Source: Candidatus Krumholzibacteriota bacterium
GTDB taxonomy: Bacteria > Krumholzibacteriota > Krumholzibacteriia > JAJRXK01
DNA length: 52,972 nt
Reading direction: 5' to 3'
NCBI GenBank assembly: GCA_963727455.1
Contig: CAVSGG010000018.1
Coordinates: 1 to 52,972 of the forward strand
Shown here: positions 20,929 to 29,079 of the stretch, one piece after another
Numbering within the stretch: position 1 is the first letter of the stretch
Layout: the number at the start of each line of letters is the position of its first letter
Notes under the pieces: generated by a model
Seen by the model: the letters and a program-made list of their open reading frames with translations, nothing else
What the model was told of the DNA's origin: nothing
The model's database searches: none
Program-made: the position numbers and the translations under genes

Positions 20929-21443
20929 TCCGCATGCGCTCCACCAGTAGCTACGGGCTTGCCACCGGGTTGCTCGTGCTCGACTTCTTGGCCAAGAGGT
21001 TCGTACTGGCGCATCAGGAGACCTTCCGCGCCGGGATTCCCCTGATCGACGGCATTCTCCACTTCACCTACGTTCGCAACGCCGGCGCCGCCTTCGGCAT
21101 CCTTCAGGGCGGGCGCTGGCCGTTCGTGGTCGTGTCGTTTGCCGCAATTCTGGCGCTCAGCTTCGTATTGCGTAAGGGAAGCCGCTCTCGAATGCGCGGG
21201 ATCTCCTATTCACTGATACTCGGCGGCGCGGCGGGAAACTTGATCGATCGCCTCTTCTATGGAGGAAGGGTGGTCGACTTCATCGAGATGAGTTGGCATG
21301 GCCACATCTTTCCCGTCTACAACTTCGCGGACATGGGAGTCAGTATTGGAGCCGTGATTCTCATCCTCGCGCTGCTCTTGGAGCGAGAGGAAGAGCCCTC
21401 GCAGACTCCGAGCGAGGAAGAGCCCCTCACTCATGAAGAATGA
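20925..21443 (+). CDS. lspA: Signal peptidase II
   Basis: NAGAAFG, GGAAGNLIDR, VVDFI, YNFAD. Confidence 0.95.
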   Translation: MIRMRSTSSYGLATGLLVLDFLAKRFVLAHQETFRAGIPLIDGILHFTYVRNAGAAFGILQGGRWPFVVVSFAAILALSFVLRKGSRSRMRGISYSLILGGAAGNLIDRLFYGGRVVDFIEMSWHGHIFPVYNFADMGVSIGAVILILALLLEREEEPSQTPSEEEPLTHEE

Positions 21444-22401
21444 GCCGTTGTGCAAGCGTGCCGTGGCCGGCGAGGAAGACGCCGGCAAACGGCTCGATCT
21501 CTGGCTCGCCAAGACCGACGGCGAACTCTCCCGCTCCCGCATCCAAAAGCTCATCGCAGCTGGCGCCGTGCGCGTGAGGGGAGAGTTGAGGCCGGCCCGT
21601 CATCGCCTCGCGGCGGGGGACCTGGTGGAGTGGGAGATTCCGCCCACACAGCCCAGCACCATGGCGGCGGAAGCGGAGGTGAAGTTCAGCATCGTCCATG
21701 AGGACGAAGATCTTGCAGTCATCGACAAGCCGGCGGGGCTGGTCGTGCATCCCGCCCCCGGCCATGCAGCCGGAACCCTGGTGCACGGACTTTTGGCGCA
21801 GCTGGATGGGTTGAGCGGAGTGGGAGGGATCGAGCGTCCCGGGATCGTCCACCGCCTGGATAAGGACACCTCCGGTCTCATGGTGGTGGCCAAGAACGAT
21901 CGCTGTCACCGCCGGCTCCAGGCCCAGCTCTCCGATCACAGTCTGCATCGGGTCTATCGAGCACTCTGTTGGGGGGTGCCCGAGCCCTTGGAGGGCGAGA
22001 TCGAGGACCCGGTGGCTCGCCATCCGCGCGACCGCAAGCGTCAGGCGGTGGTGCCGGGCGGACGCGCTGCTCACACCCAGTACTGGGTGGAAGAGGAACT
22101 TGCCGGCGCGGCGCTCCTGCGGCTGCGACTCTACACGGGGAGGACCCACCAGATTCGCGTCCATCTAGCCCATCGCGGGCATCCTCTCCTTGCGGACGAA
22201 CTCTACGGCGGAGGGAACCGGCGTCTCAAGGGGGCCCAAGCTTCCCGGCGCAGCGCACTCGCGGCAGCACTTTCCGCTTTGGGGCGCCAGGCGCTCCACG
22301 CGGCGGAGTTAGCCTTCGTGCACCCGGGAAGCGGGGAGAAGGTTCGTTTTCTCTCGCCTCTTCCCCAGGACTTCGAGGCGGCCCTGAGCTGCCTCCGCTA
22401 G
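21433..22401 (+). CDS. rluD: RluA/RluD pseudouridine synthase
   Basis: S4 domain, DKPAGLVVHP, HRLDKDTSG, TGRTHQIRVH, QALHA. Confidence 0.93.
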   Translation: MKNEPLCKRAVAGEEDAGKRLDLWLAKTDGELSRSRIQKLIAAGAVRVRGELRPARHRLAAGDLVEWEIPPTQPSTMAAEAEVKFSIVHEDEDLAVIDKPAGLVVHPAPGHAAGTLVHGLLAQLDGLSGVGGIERPGIVHRLDKDTSGLMVVAKNDRCHRRLQAQLSDHSLHRVYRALCWGVPEPLEGEIEDPVARHPRDRKRQAVVPGGRAAHTQYWVEEELAGAALLRLRLYTGRTHQIRVHLAHRGHPLLADELYGGGNRRLKGAQASRRSALAAALSALGRQALHAAELAFVHPGSGEKVRFLSPLPQDFEAALSCLR

Positions 22402-22423
22402 AACTTCCTTGTATCCCTGGGGC

Positions 22424-22452
22424 TGGACAGTCTCTGGCGCACCCGCTACGCT
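22424..22452 (+). promoter_or_regulatory. sigma70-like promoter for the STAS gene
   Basis: TGGACA-17nt-TACGCT in the intergenic gap. Confidence 0.5.
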
Positions 22453-22561
22453 CCTCTTCACTTCTCGGCGGCTTCGGCCGGGTCGGAGACGAGTCGTAGG
22501 AAGGTCTGAGACCGCTACCGGGGATCCGGGCTTAGAGAGCGAATGGAAAGGACGTAGGTCG

Positions 22562-22906
22562 ATGAAGATCAAGGAGCGCGAGCGCGATGGCGTGGTGGTT
22601 CTCGAGGTCAGCGGGAAGATCATGGGAGGCCCAGATTCTGAGCTTTTTTCCACGACTCTGAAATCCCTGGTTCACGAGAAGAAGTTCAGGGTACTCGTGG
22701 ATCTGGGGAACGTAACCTGGGTAAACTCCACCGGGCTGGGAATCTTGATTTCAGGCTATTCCACCATGAAGCGGAACAACGGTGAAATGAAACTGGTCAA
22801 CGTTTCGGACCGTATCGACAGTATCTTTATGGTCACCAAGCTTTACTCGGTCTTCGACTCGTTCAAGACCGAGGATGAGGCCATTGCCAGTTTCGCTGTC
22901 GAGTAG
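22562..22906 (+). CDS. STAS domain anti-sigma factor antagonist
   Basis: VLVDLGNVTWVNSTGLGIL phospho-Ser motif. 114 aa from ATG 22562. Confidence 0.9.
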   Translation: MKIKERERDGVVVLEVSGKIMGGPDSELFSTTLKSLVHEKKFRVLVDLGNVTWVNSTGLGILISGYSTMKRNNGEMKLVNVSDRIDSIFMVTKLYSVFDSFKTEDEAIASFAVE

Positions 22907-22949
22907 GAACCACCCTTTTCCCCGATCCCCCCTGCTGAAGAAGAGACGC

Positions 22950-23378
22950 GTGAAGATCGAACTGACGATTCCGAGCTCTCACATGATGTTGGGAATTCCC
23001 GACGCGGTGATCCAAGAACTTGGTTCCGAGTTGTCATTCTCCCAGGCCGAATTGGATGAGCTCTCCACCTCCGTGATCGAGGGTTGCACCAATGCCCTCG
23101 AACACGGCAACCACATGAAGACCGAGACGCCGGTTCGCATCTCCATCGACTTCGAGCGCACCCGGATCGAAGTGACCATCTACGACGAGGGGCCGGGATT
23201 CGACTTCGAGAGCATCGATTTCTCCCAGGAACCGGCCGACTTGATGCAGGAGCGAGGCCGCGGAATCTACATCATGTTCACCTACTGTGACGAATTGAGC
23301 TTCTCGCGCAATAATGGAACGTTTGCCGTCAAGATGGTAAAGATGGCCAAGGAGAGTTCCGTCGAGAGCGAAAGCTGA
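22950..23378 (+). CDS. RsbW-like anti-sigma factor / Ser kinase (HATPase_c)
   Basis: EGCTNALEHGN, DEGPGFD, ERGRGIYIM. Confidence 0.88.
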   Translation: MKIELTIPSSHMMLGIPDAVIQELGSELSFSQAELDELSTSVIEGCTNALEHGNHMKTETPVRISIDFERTRIEVTIYDEGPGFDFESIDFSQEPADLMQERGRGIYIMFTYCDELSFSRNNGTFAVKMVKMAKESSVESES

Positions 23379-23397
23379 GGCGTGCCTGGAGGATGGC

Positions 23398-23835
23398 ATG
23401 GCAGTGATCCTCGCTCTCGATCCCGGACTTCGCCGGACTGGCATCGCCCTCTGTGATCCTACTGGCACATTGGCGCGCCCCCTTCTCACCCACGATCGCC
23501 GAAGCGATGGATCTCTCTTGGAACTGATTGCTTCCCTGTGTGAGGAACATTCGGTCGAGAGGGTTCTGGTGGGCCTGCCTCTGACTCAAATGAAAGAGGA
23601 GGGGGCGACCGCGCAGGCCGCGCGCGGATTGGCGGAGAAGATCCGATTGCGGGTGGAGCTTCCCGTCGAACTCGTAGACGAGCGCTACAGTAGCCTCGAG
23701 GCCGACCGTATCCTGGCGGGCAAGAAGGCCCCCAAGGGTCGGCGCGACGCAGTGGCTGCAGCCCTCATTCTCCAAACTTGGTTGGATGCCCCCGGGCGCG
23801 AAGGCCCTTCGACACCTCGAGGGCCCGGTTCATGA
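23398..23835 (+). CDS. ruvX: RuvX/YqgF pre-16S rRNA nuclease
   Basis: ILALDPGLRRTGIALCD, VGLP, DERYSS, DAVAAALILQ. Confidence 0.93.
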   Translation: MAVILALDPGLRRTGIALCDPTGTLARPLLTHDRRSDGSLLELIASLCEEHSVERVLVGLPLTQMKEEGATAQAARGLAEKIRLRVELPVELVDERYSSLEADRILAGKKAPKGRRDAVAAALILQTWLDAPGREGPSTPRGPGS

Positions 23836-24866
23836 GGAACGTGCGCCTCAGAATCCTCTTTTTGGTTCTCCTCGCCTTGGCTCTCTCGGCCATGGCCGTG
23901 ATCCACGGTGTCTTGTACGAGGAGCACGGCGAAGGGGAGAGGTCCATTCGTCGAGTCGAAATTCCCTCGGGCACGAGCGTACGCAGTGCTGCCACGCGCC
24001 TGGCCGAAGCAGGTTTGCTCGATGCCCCCTGGAAGCTGCGCGCGGTGTACTGGTTGCAGGGAGCGAGGCGGACCATCAAGGCGGGAACCTACGAGATTCG
24101 CTCGGGGCACAGCCCGGCTGCCCTGCTTGCAATCCTGGAATCGGGGCGGGTCGCCACGATCGAGGTCACGATCCCCGAGGGGCTGAGCTTCGACGCGACC
24201 TGCCGTTTGCTCGCGGACAGTCTCGCCTTGAACGTGGACAGTCTGCTGGCTCTGTGCCAGCACCCAACCACGAAGTGGAGCCATGAGTTGGATCTGCCGC
24301 CCGGTGCAAGTCTCGAGGGTTATCTCTATCCCGAGACCTATCGTTTCGATCTGGGGGTGACGGCCCCTCAGGTACTGCAGACGATGCTCCAGGGATTTCT
24401 GAAGATCTTCGACGCACCCTTGCGTGCCGCCATGGACAGCTTGGGATTCAGTATTCATGAGGTGGTGACGCTGGCCTCGATCGTGGAGGCGGAGACGGGC
24501 GTAGCTTCGGAGCGCGCGAAAGTGTCTGCCGTGTATCACAACCGGCTGGCCAAACACTGGAAGCTCGAGGCCGATCCTACCGTCTCTTACGCGACGGGAA
24601 TCCCCGGGGAGAAACTGAGTACCAAGGATCTCAAGTTCGACTCGCCCTACAATACGTATCGCTATTTCGGGTTGCCGCCCGGACCCATCAACAGCCCCGG
24701 GAGGGCGGCAATCGAGGCAGCGGTGCATCCCGAGAAGGGATTCGAGGCAATGTACTTCGTGGCCGACGGAAAGGGTGGCCATGTCTTCAGTCGTACCTGG
24801 CAAGAACACCGGGCCGCGGTGCGGGCGTATCGGTCTGCGCAGCGGACGGGCGGGAACGAGAGGTGA
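23832..24866 (+). CDS. mltG: Endolytic transglycosylase MltG
   Basis: TIPEG, LEGYLYPETY, LASIVEAE, DSPYNTY, GLPPGPINSPG. Confidence 0.95.
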   Translation: MRNVRLRILFLVLLALALSAMAVIHGVLYEEHGEGERSIRRVEIPSGTSVRSAATRLAEAGLLDAPWKLRAVYWLQGARRTIKAGTYEIRSGHSPAALLAILESGRVATIEVTIPEGLSFDATCRLLADSLALNVDSLLALCQHPTTKWSHELDLPPGASLEGYLYPETYRFDLGVTAPQVLQTMLQGFLKIFDAPLRAAMDSLGFSIHEVVTLASIVEAETGVASERAKVSAVYHNRLAKHWKLEADPTVSYATGIPGEKLSTKDLKFDSPYNTYRYFGLPPGPINSPGRAAIEAAVHPEKGFEAMYFVADGKGGHVFSRTWQEHRAAVRAYRSAQRTGGNER

Positions 24867-24868
24867 GC

Positions 24869-24897
24869 TTGACGGCGGGCCCGCGTTCTTCTAGCGT
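24869..24897 (+). promoter_or_regulatory. sigma70-like promoter for the small ORF / tRNA-Val unit
   Basis: TTGACG-17nt-TAGCGT. Confidence 0.55.
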
Positions 24898-24926
24898 GAC
24901 GGTCGGCCGAGGAGGGATGGACTGCA

Positions 24927-25103
24927 GTGAATTGGAAGCGTGATCATTGGCTCTTCATGGGCCTCCTCTCGATCGTATTGGGCTTCTTGCTTCTCGGGCT
25001 CTTTCGCAGCACGACGCTCTCCAGCATTCTGCTGGTGGGCGGATACTGCGTGCTCGTGCCGGCATATCTGTGGACGCGCTACCGTGGGGACGTGGGCGAA
25101 TAG
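24927..25103 (+). CDS. 58-aa two-TM membrane protein (DUF3098-like), overlapping tRNA-Val
   Basis: MNWKRDHWLFMGLLSIVLGFLLLGLFRSTTLSSILLVGGYCVLVPAYLWTRYRGDVGE. GGAGG upstream. Not in the ORF track. Confidence 0.72.
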   Translation: MNWKRDHWLFMGLLSIVLGFLLLGLFRSTTLSSILLVGGYCVLVPAYLWTRYRGDVGE

Positions 25104-25170
25104 CTCAGCTGGTTAGAGCACCTGCCTTACAAGCAGGGGGTCACAGGTTCGAGTCCTGTTTCGCCCACCA
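25094..25170 (+). tRNA. tRNA-Val(TAC)
   Basis: GGGCGAA/TTCGCCC acceptor stem, anticodon loop CTTACAA, GGTTCGAGTCC T-arm, encoded CCA. Confidence 0.97.
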
Positions 25171-25356
25171 CTTTGCGATCCGCGACCCATCGGCTGCCCC
25201 TCTCCGGCCGGCGGCCAGGTCCTCCGGCAGAAGCAAGCTGGGCGGCGGAATTCCGACCAGCCCGGGGCCTGAGACGGCACGCGCCGCGACAACAAGAACT
25301 CTCCTAACTTTAACGAAACCTATACCTTACTCACACCGAGAGCCCGATCTGCGTGG

Positions 25357-25386
25357 TTGACATTTCGCCGGAGCGCGTGATACACT
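25357..25386 (+). promoter_or_regulatory. Strong sigma70-like promoter of the secreted-protein cluster
   Basis: TTGACA-18nt-TACACT with TGn extension. TAGGAGG RBS precedes 25510. Confidence 0.6.
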
Positions 25387-25509
25387 CGCTCCGTCGAGTA
25401 TTGGATCGAAAGAGTGGAAGGAGGCTCAAAAGCAGGGAAATACGCGATTGTCCAAGCAGCTTGGTAATTCTACCGAGTAGCTGATAGAACCGTTTAGGAG
25501 GTGTCCTAG

Positions 25510-26142
25510 ATGTTCAAGAAGAGGCTATTCAGTCTCGTACTCACTGCGGGCCTGATTTTGGGTCTTGCTGGCCTCGCAATGGCCGGTGTCCCCGATGCTG
25601 GGAAGAGCGTTGCCTACACCAATGGTGGTGTGGCGACGATTACCCCTGGTGGTGCGGCCCCGAGTCTCGCAAGCTATAACGTGGTTGTCACAGTCACGGT
25701 TCGCGACGGAAATAACCTGCCGATTCCGGCATATCCTGCGCAAGATATCTGGCTGGATGACAATGGCAGCGCCGACATCAACCTTTGCCAGTCCGGTGGC
25801 ACCGCGGATGCGGCGACCGACGGCGCTGGCTTCACCACGATCAGTGGCGTCTTGCGCGGTGGGGGTGCTACGCAGTCCGGCATGGCCGTGTACGTAAGTG
25901 GTGTTGCGGTTGAGGGACCCAATGGGACTCCTGGTGTTGCCAAGAGCCTCGCCATCGATGTCAACAGCCCCGACATGAATAAAGACCGGGCTGTAGACTT
26001 GAGTGACATCGCTCTGTTTGCGGCCGCTCTTCAACCGCCGCACAATGGTTTCGCAGCTGATTTCACCCATGATACGCCCAACAACGTAGACTTGAGTGAC
26101 ATCGCTCTTTTCTCGTCTTGGATCGGTGACTCCTGTCCGTAA
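25510..26142 (+). CDS. Secreted Ig-like protein with C-terminal dockerin-like domain
   Basis: Signal peptide; beta-rich VTVTVRDGNNLPI...ATDGAGFTTI; two Ca-loop/helix repeats DMNKDRAVDLSDIALF and DFTHDTPNNVDLSDIALF. Confidence 0.8.
   Translation: MFKKRLFSLVLTAGLILGLAGLAMAGVPDAGKSVAYTNGGVATITPGGAAPSLASYNVVVTVTVRDGNNLPIPAYPAQDIWLDDNGSADINLCQSGGTADAATDGAGFTTISGVLRGGGATQSGMAVYVSGVAVEGPNGTPGVAKSLAIDVNSPDMNKDRAVDLSDIALFAAALQPPHNGFAADFTHDTPNNVDLSDIALFSSWIGDSCP
25993..26108 (+). repeat. Exact 23-bp direct repeat encoding the two dockerin halves
   Basis: GTAGACTTGAGTGACATCGCTCT at 25993-26015 and 26086-26108. Confidence 0.95.
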
Positions 26143-26250
26143 ACGAGAGACTGTGAGGTTTTGGGTGCGGTCTGCGCACTCGTTTTCGAGCAAGCGTGCG
26201 CCAGTGTTCACATAACAACCATTGGCTCACCTCTCTAAAGGAGATGGCTC

Positions 26251-26823
26251 ATGCTTAAGAAGGCAATGTTTCTCACCCTCGTCCTGCTCGTAGGGGTCGT
26301 AGCGGCTGCTTCAGCGCAAACTGGCTGCACGCTCGGTGTCTATGCGGACGAAGGAGGGACGAACCCGGTCGTATTCCCAGTACGTGATTACGGCAGCACA
26401 ACTGCGACCTTCGACGTGTATTATGTAATGCGCGTCGAAGATGTGGTTCTGGGTGCTGCTTGGTACCGTGACATCACTGGCTTCCAGGCCGTGACGCAAT
26501 CCATCGATTGGCAGTCGTACGGTACCTTCCTGGATGAGCAGCCCGAGGGCTGGCGTATTGGGCTTGGTACGTGTCAGGTGGGGTACGGTGGCGCTGCCAT
26601 CACCCTCCTGAAGGAGACTATCACGATTCTGGATGATTACTCTGGAGGTACCGGGACGATCCAGGTTATCCCGAACATAATCCAGCCACCCACGAACGTG
26701 ACAACGTACGCAGATTGTACGGGTGTCCTAAAAGAATGCCCCACTATGGGTTCTTTGACGATTGAGAGCGTCATTCCCGCCCCTGGCAAGAGCTTTGGTG
26801 CGGTGAAGGCTCTGTTCAAGTAA
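26251..26823 (+). CDS. Secreted beta-rich (possibly cohesin-like) protein with SFGxVKxxF tail
   Basis: AAGGAG RBS, signal peptide, LGVYADEGGT...FDVYYV, ends IPAPGKSFGAVKALFK. Confidence 0.82.
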   Translation: MLKKAMFLTLVLLVGVVAAASAQTGCTLGVYADEGGTNPVVFPVRDYGSTTATFDVYYVMRVEDVVLGAAWYRDITGFQAVTQSIDWQSYGTFLDEQPEGWRIGLGTCQVGYGGAAITLLKETITILDDYSGGTGTIQVIPNIIQPPTNVTTYADCTGVLKECPTMGSLTIESVIPAPGKSFGAVKALFK

Positions 26824-27032
26824 AGTAGCTTTTGGCCCCCAAGGCGCCATTTGCTATCGCGATCGCAACGGGTGGGTGGCGGAGAGTCCCGAGGGACTGG
26901 ACGCCATCCGCCAAAATTCCGCCTGAGATCTGCTCAATAAGGGGCACATTGAAGGCACATCAAAGGCATCCGTGGGCTGAGATCCTTGTGGCTCCCCACC
27001 GCCTTGTTGTCATGACAACGGAGGACTTCTTC

Positions 27033-27704
27033 ATGAAGAAGCTAATGATTCTCACCGCAGTTCTCGGCATCCTCGCCATGGCTTCCATGTCGTTTGCCCA
27101 GAACATCGGTTTGACGTTCGACGAGGCCGGGACGACCACGGTCATCGACGGCCGCTCGGAAACCATCCCCAATCCTGACTTTTTCAACCTCCCCTCGGTC
27201 AACGTGTGGGTCGTCGCGTACGACCTTTCCGAGCTCTTCGGGTACGAGTACAATGTGTCCAGCTCGGACGCTACGGCCAACGCCGCCACTCCGGTCGTCT
27301 ACCCCTCAACGGCGCAGGACTTCGGCAACCATTCGATCGGTGACGTTCGTGCCGGTACCGGGGTTTGCTTCCACCAGGGAGATGCCGAGGCGGGACCCGA
27401 TCCCACGCACATCCGCCTGGCGAAGCATACCTTTACCTGGGGTGCCCTCCCGACGCTGGACGTGCTCTACTGCATCGGACCCTCGATCGGTTCGGGTGCG
27501 AGTGTTCCGCAGTACGCCATGTGCAATCAGGACGCGACCAAGGGACCCTTTGGAATCGCGAACGTTTCCCAGGACACCTGCACCCCTAACGGTTGCGCGG
27601 CTGTCGTTTTCGAGTGGGATGATGCCACGACTCCTACCAACTGCCAGCGTGACGTTGTCGGTTCGCAGGAGAAGAGCTGGGGTTCTTTGAAGTCCAGTTT
27701 CTAA
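27033..27704 (+). CDS. Secreted beta-rich (possibly cohesin-like) protein with SWGxLKxxF tail
   Basis: GGAGG RBS before ATG 27033, signal peptide, IGLTFDEAGT...VNVWVV...LFGYEY, ends VGSQEKSWGSLKSSF. Confidence 0.82.
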   Translation: MKKLMILTAVLGILAMASMSFAQNIGLTFDEAGTTTVIDGRSETIPNPDFFNLPSVNVWVVAYDLSELFGYEYNVSSSDATANAATPVVYPSTAQDFGNHSIGDVRAGTGVCFHQGDAEAGPDPTHIRLAKHTFTWGALPTLDVLYCIGPSIGSGASVPQYAMCNQDATKGPFGIANVSQDTCTPNGCAAVVFEWDDATTPTNCQRDVVGSQEKSWGSLKSSF

Positions 27705-27742
27705 GCTAGATCTGAGCGATTCTTCCTCATCGAGGAAGCTGA

Positions 27743-27777
27743 CGCGGCTCCGAGAACTCGGAGCCGCGCTCATTTTT
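27743..27777 (+). terminator. Probable terminator
   Basis: CGCGGCTCCGAG-AA-CTCGGAGCCGCG followed shortly by TTTTT. Confidence 0.75.
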
Positions 27778-28077
27778 GCCCCGAGGGGATCTGGCCTGTT
27801 GCGAAGGCCCTCCAATTCGTATATTGCCAACGCTCCATCCAATTGGAGCGGCAGGAGTTCCCAAATCGAGCCGCCGCGGGAATTCCCTTGACCTCACCGG
27901 GGGTGCATGGTACTTGAGACCTGATTCCATGGGATGCGCGGCTTTCCTTCGTTGGCGAGGCGGCGTGGTTTTTTGAGCCGCGACGTGGAAATCTGGACAA
28001 TCGTGGCTCTTATCCAAACGGCCCTGCGCGCGAGTTCGCTGCGCGGATGGGCCCGGGATCTTCAGAAGGAGTTTGGT

Positions 28078-28833
28078 ATGAGGAAGACGGCCATCGGCGT
28101 TCTGCTTGTCTTGGCGATGGCAGCGGGGTGGTTTACCCCCGCCGCAGCATCTGCTCCGCCTTACAATCCATGGGGCTGGATGTACCTGAGTACGGAGCAG
28201 GGACACTACACCTGCAGTGGTACCTACAACGCTGGCGATAACCTGCAGATTTTCGTTGTTCTCGAGTGTCCCAACTGGGGTAGTGCCGACGCCTACTTCG
28301 CCATGGAGGCAGGAGTCACCTATCCTACGCAGCTTTTCAATACGCGCTTGGGCGCCGATGAAGCCCCAAATGCGCAGTTCTTCCTTGCCAGCTGCACCGG
28401 CGGGCACTGTTCGTGGGCCATGGGTACGGGGACACCGATCTATACCAATCCATGGACAGCGGTGACTTTGGAATTCGTCGGTTTCAACGATTTGGTGAAC
28501 CTCGGTTTCAGCCTGACGCCGCGGGACGACTATAGTTTGCCCACCTTGGGCGGCCCCGGCTGGGCGTACTACGATCCACAGAATCCCGTAACACTTCCGC
28601 TGCAGGCCGGCGACGGCACGGACGCGCATCCGGGGTGGCAACAGGGTTTCGTCATGGTGAACTACGATAATACCGCCGCGATGACGAATGATGCTAATTT
28701 CCCGGATACGGTCTTCCGCGATGACGGATCGGGAGCTCCCTGGCCGCTTTTGAGCGAGGGCGACCCCTGCCTTCGCAACAAGATCGTTCCCTCCCAGGAG
28801 ACCTCCTGGGGCTCCCTGAAGGCGGCCTACTAG
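28078..28833 (+). CDS. Secreted beta-rich protein with SWGxLKxxY tail
   Basis: AAGGAG RBS before ATG 28078, signal peptide, LQIFVVL...AMEAGVTYP, ends VPSQETSWGSLKAAY. Confidence 0.82.
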   Translation: MRKTAIGVLLVLAMAAGWFTPAAASAPPYNPWGWMYLSTEQGHYTCSGTYNAGDNLQIFVVLECPNWGSADAYFAMEAGVTYPTQLFNTRLGADEAPNAQFFLASCTGGHCSWAMGTGTPIYTNPWTAVTLEFVGFNDLVNLGFSLTPRDDYSLPTLGGPGWAYYDPQNPVTLPLQAGDGTDAHPGWQQGFVMVNYDNTAAMTNDANFPDTVFRDDGSGAPWPLLSEGDPCLRNKIVPSQETSWGSLKAAY

Positions 28834-28865
28834 GAGTCTTCGGTTCGATCGTGAATCAGTAGGAG

Positions 28866-28893
28866 GAGGAGAGCCCGCGGGCTCTCCTCTTTT
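28866..28893 (+). terminator. Rho-independent terminator
   Basis: GAGGAGAGCCC-GC-GGGCTCTCCTC then TTTT. Confidence 0.8.
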
Positions 28894-28931
28894 CGCGCCC
28901 ATGGCGGCCGTCGGGGGAAAGCGGCTCCGAA

Positions 28932-28961
28932 TTGACCCGGGCTTCCCTCTGCGCCTATACT
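28932..28961 (+). promoter_or_regulatory. sigma70-like promoter of the C25 peptidase gene
   Basis: TTGACC-18nt-TATACT. Confidence 0.6.
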
Positions 28962-29079
28962 TGCATCATGGCTGCCGGCCGGCCGGCCTGGGTGGGCTCG
29001 CGCTGAGGAGTGAATCCCGCGGTGGGGTCCCGGTGCCAGCTCCCTCCCCTGAAGAACCCTCTGAGACAAGGATCGGCTC

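Noticed and set aside
25993-26108. 23-bp direct repeat as CRISPR or DGR template/variable repeat
   Set aside because: Only two copies, in frame within a CDS, with no adenine-specific mismatches and no cas or reverse transcriptase gene.
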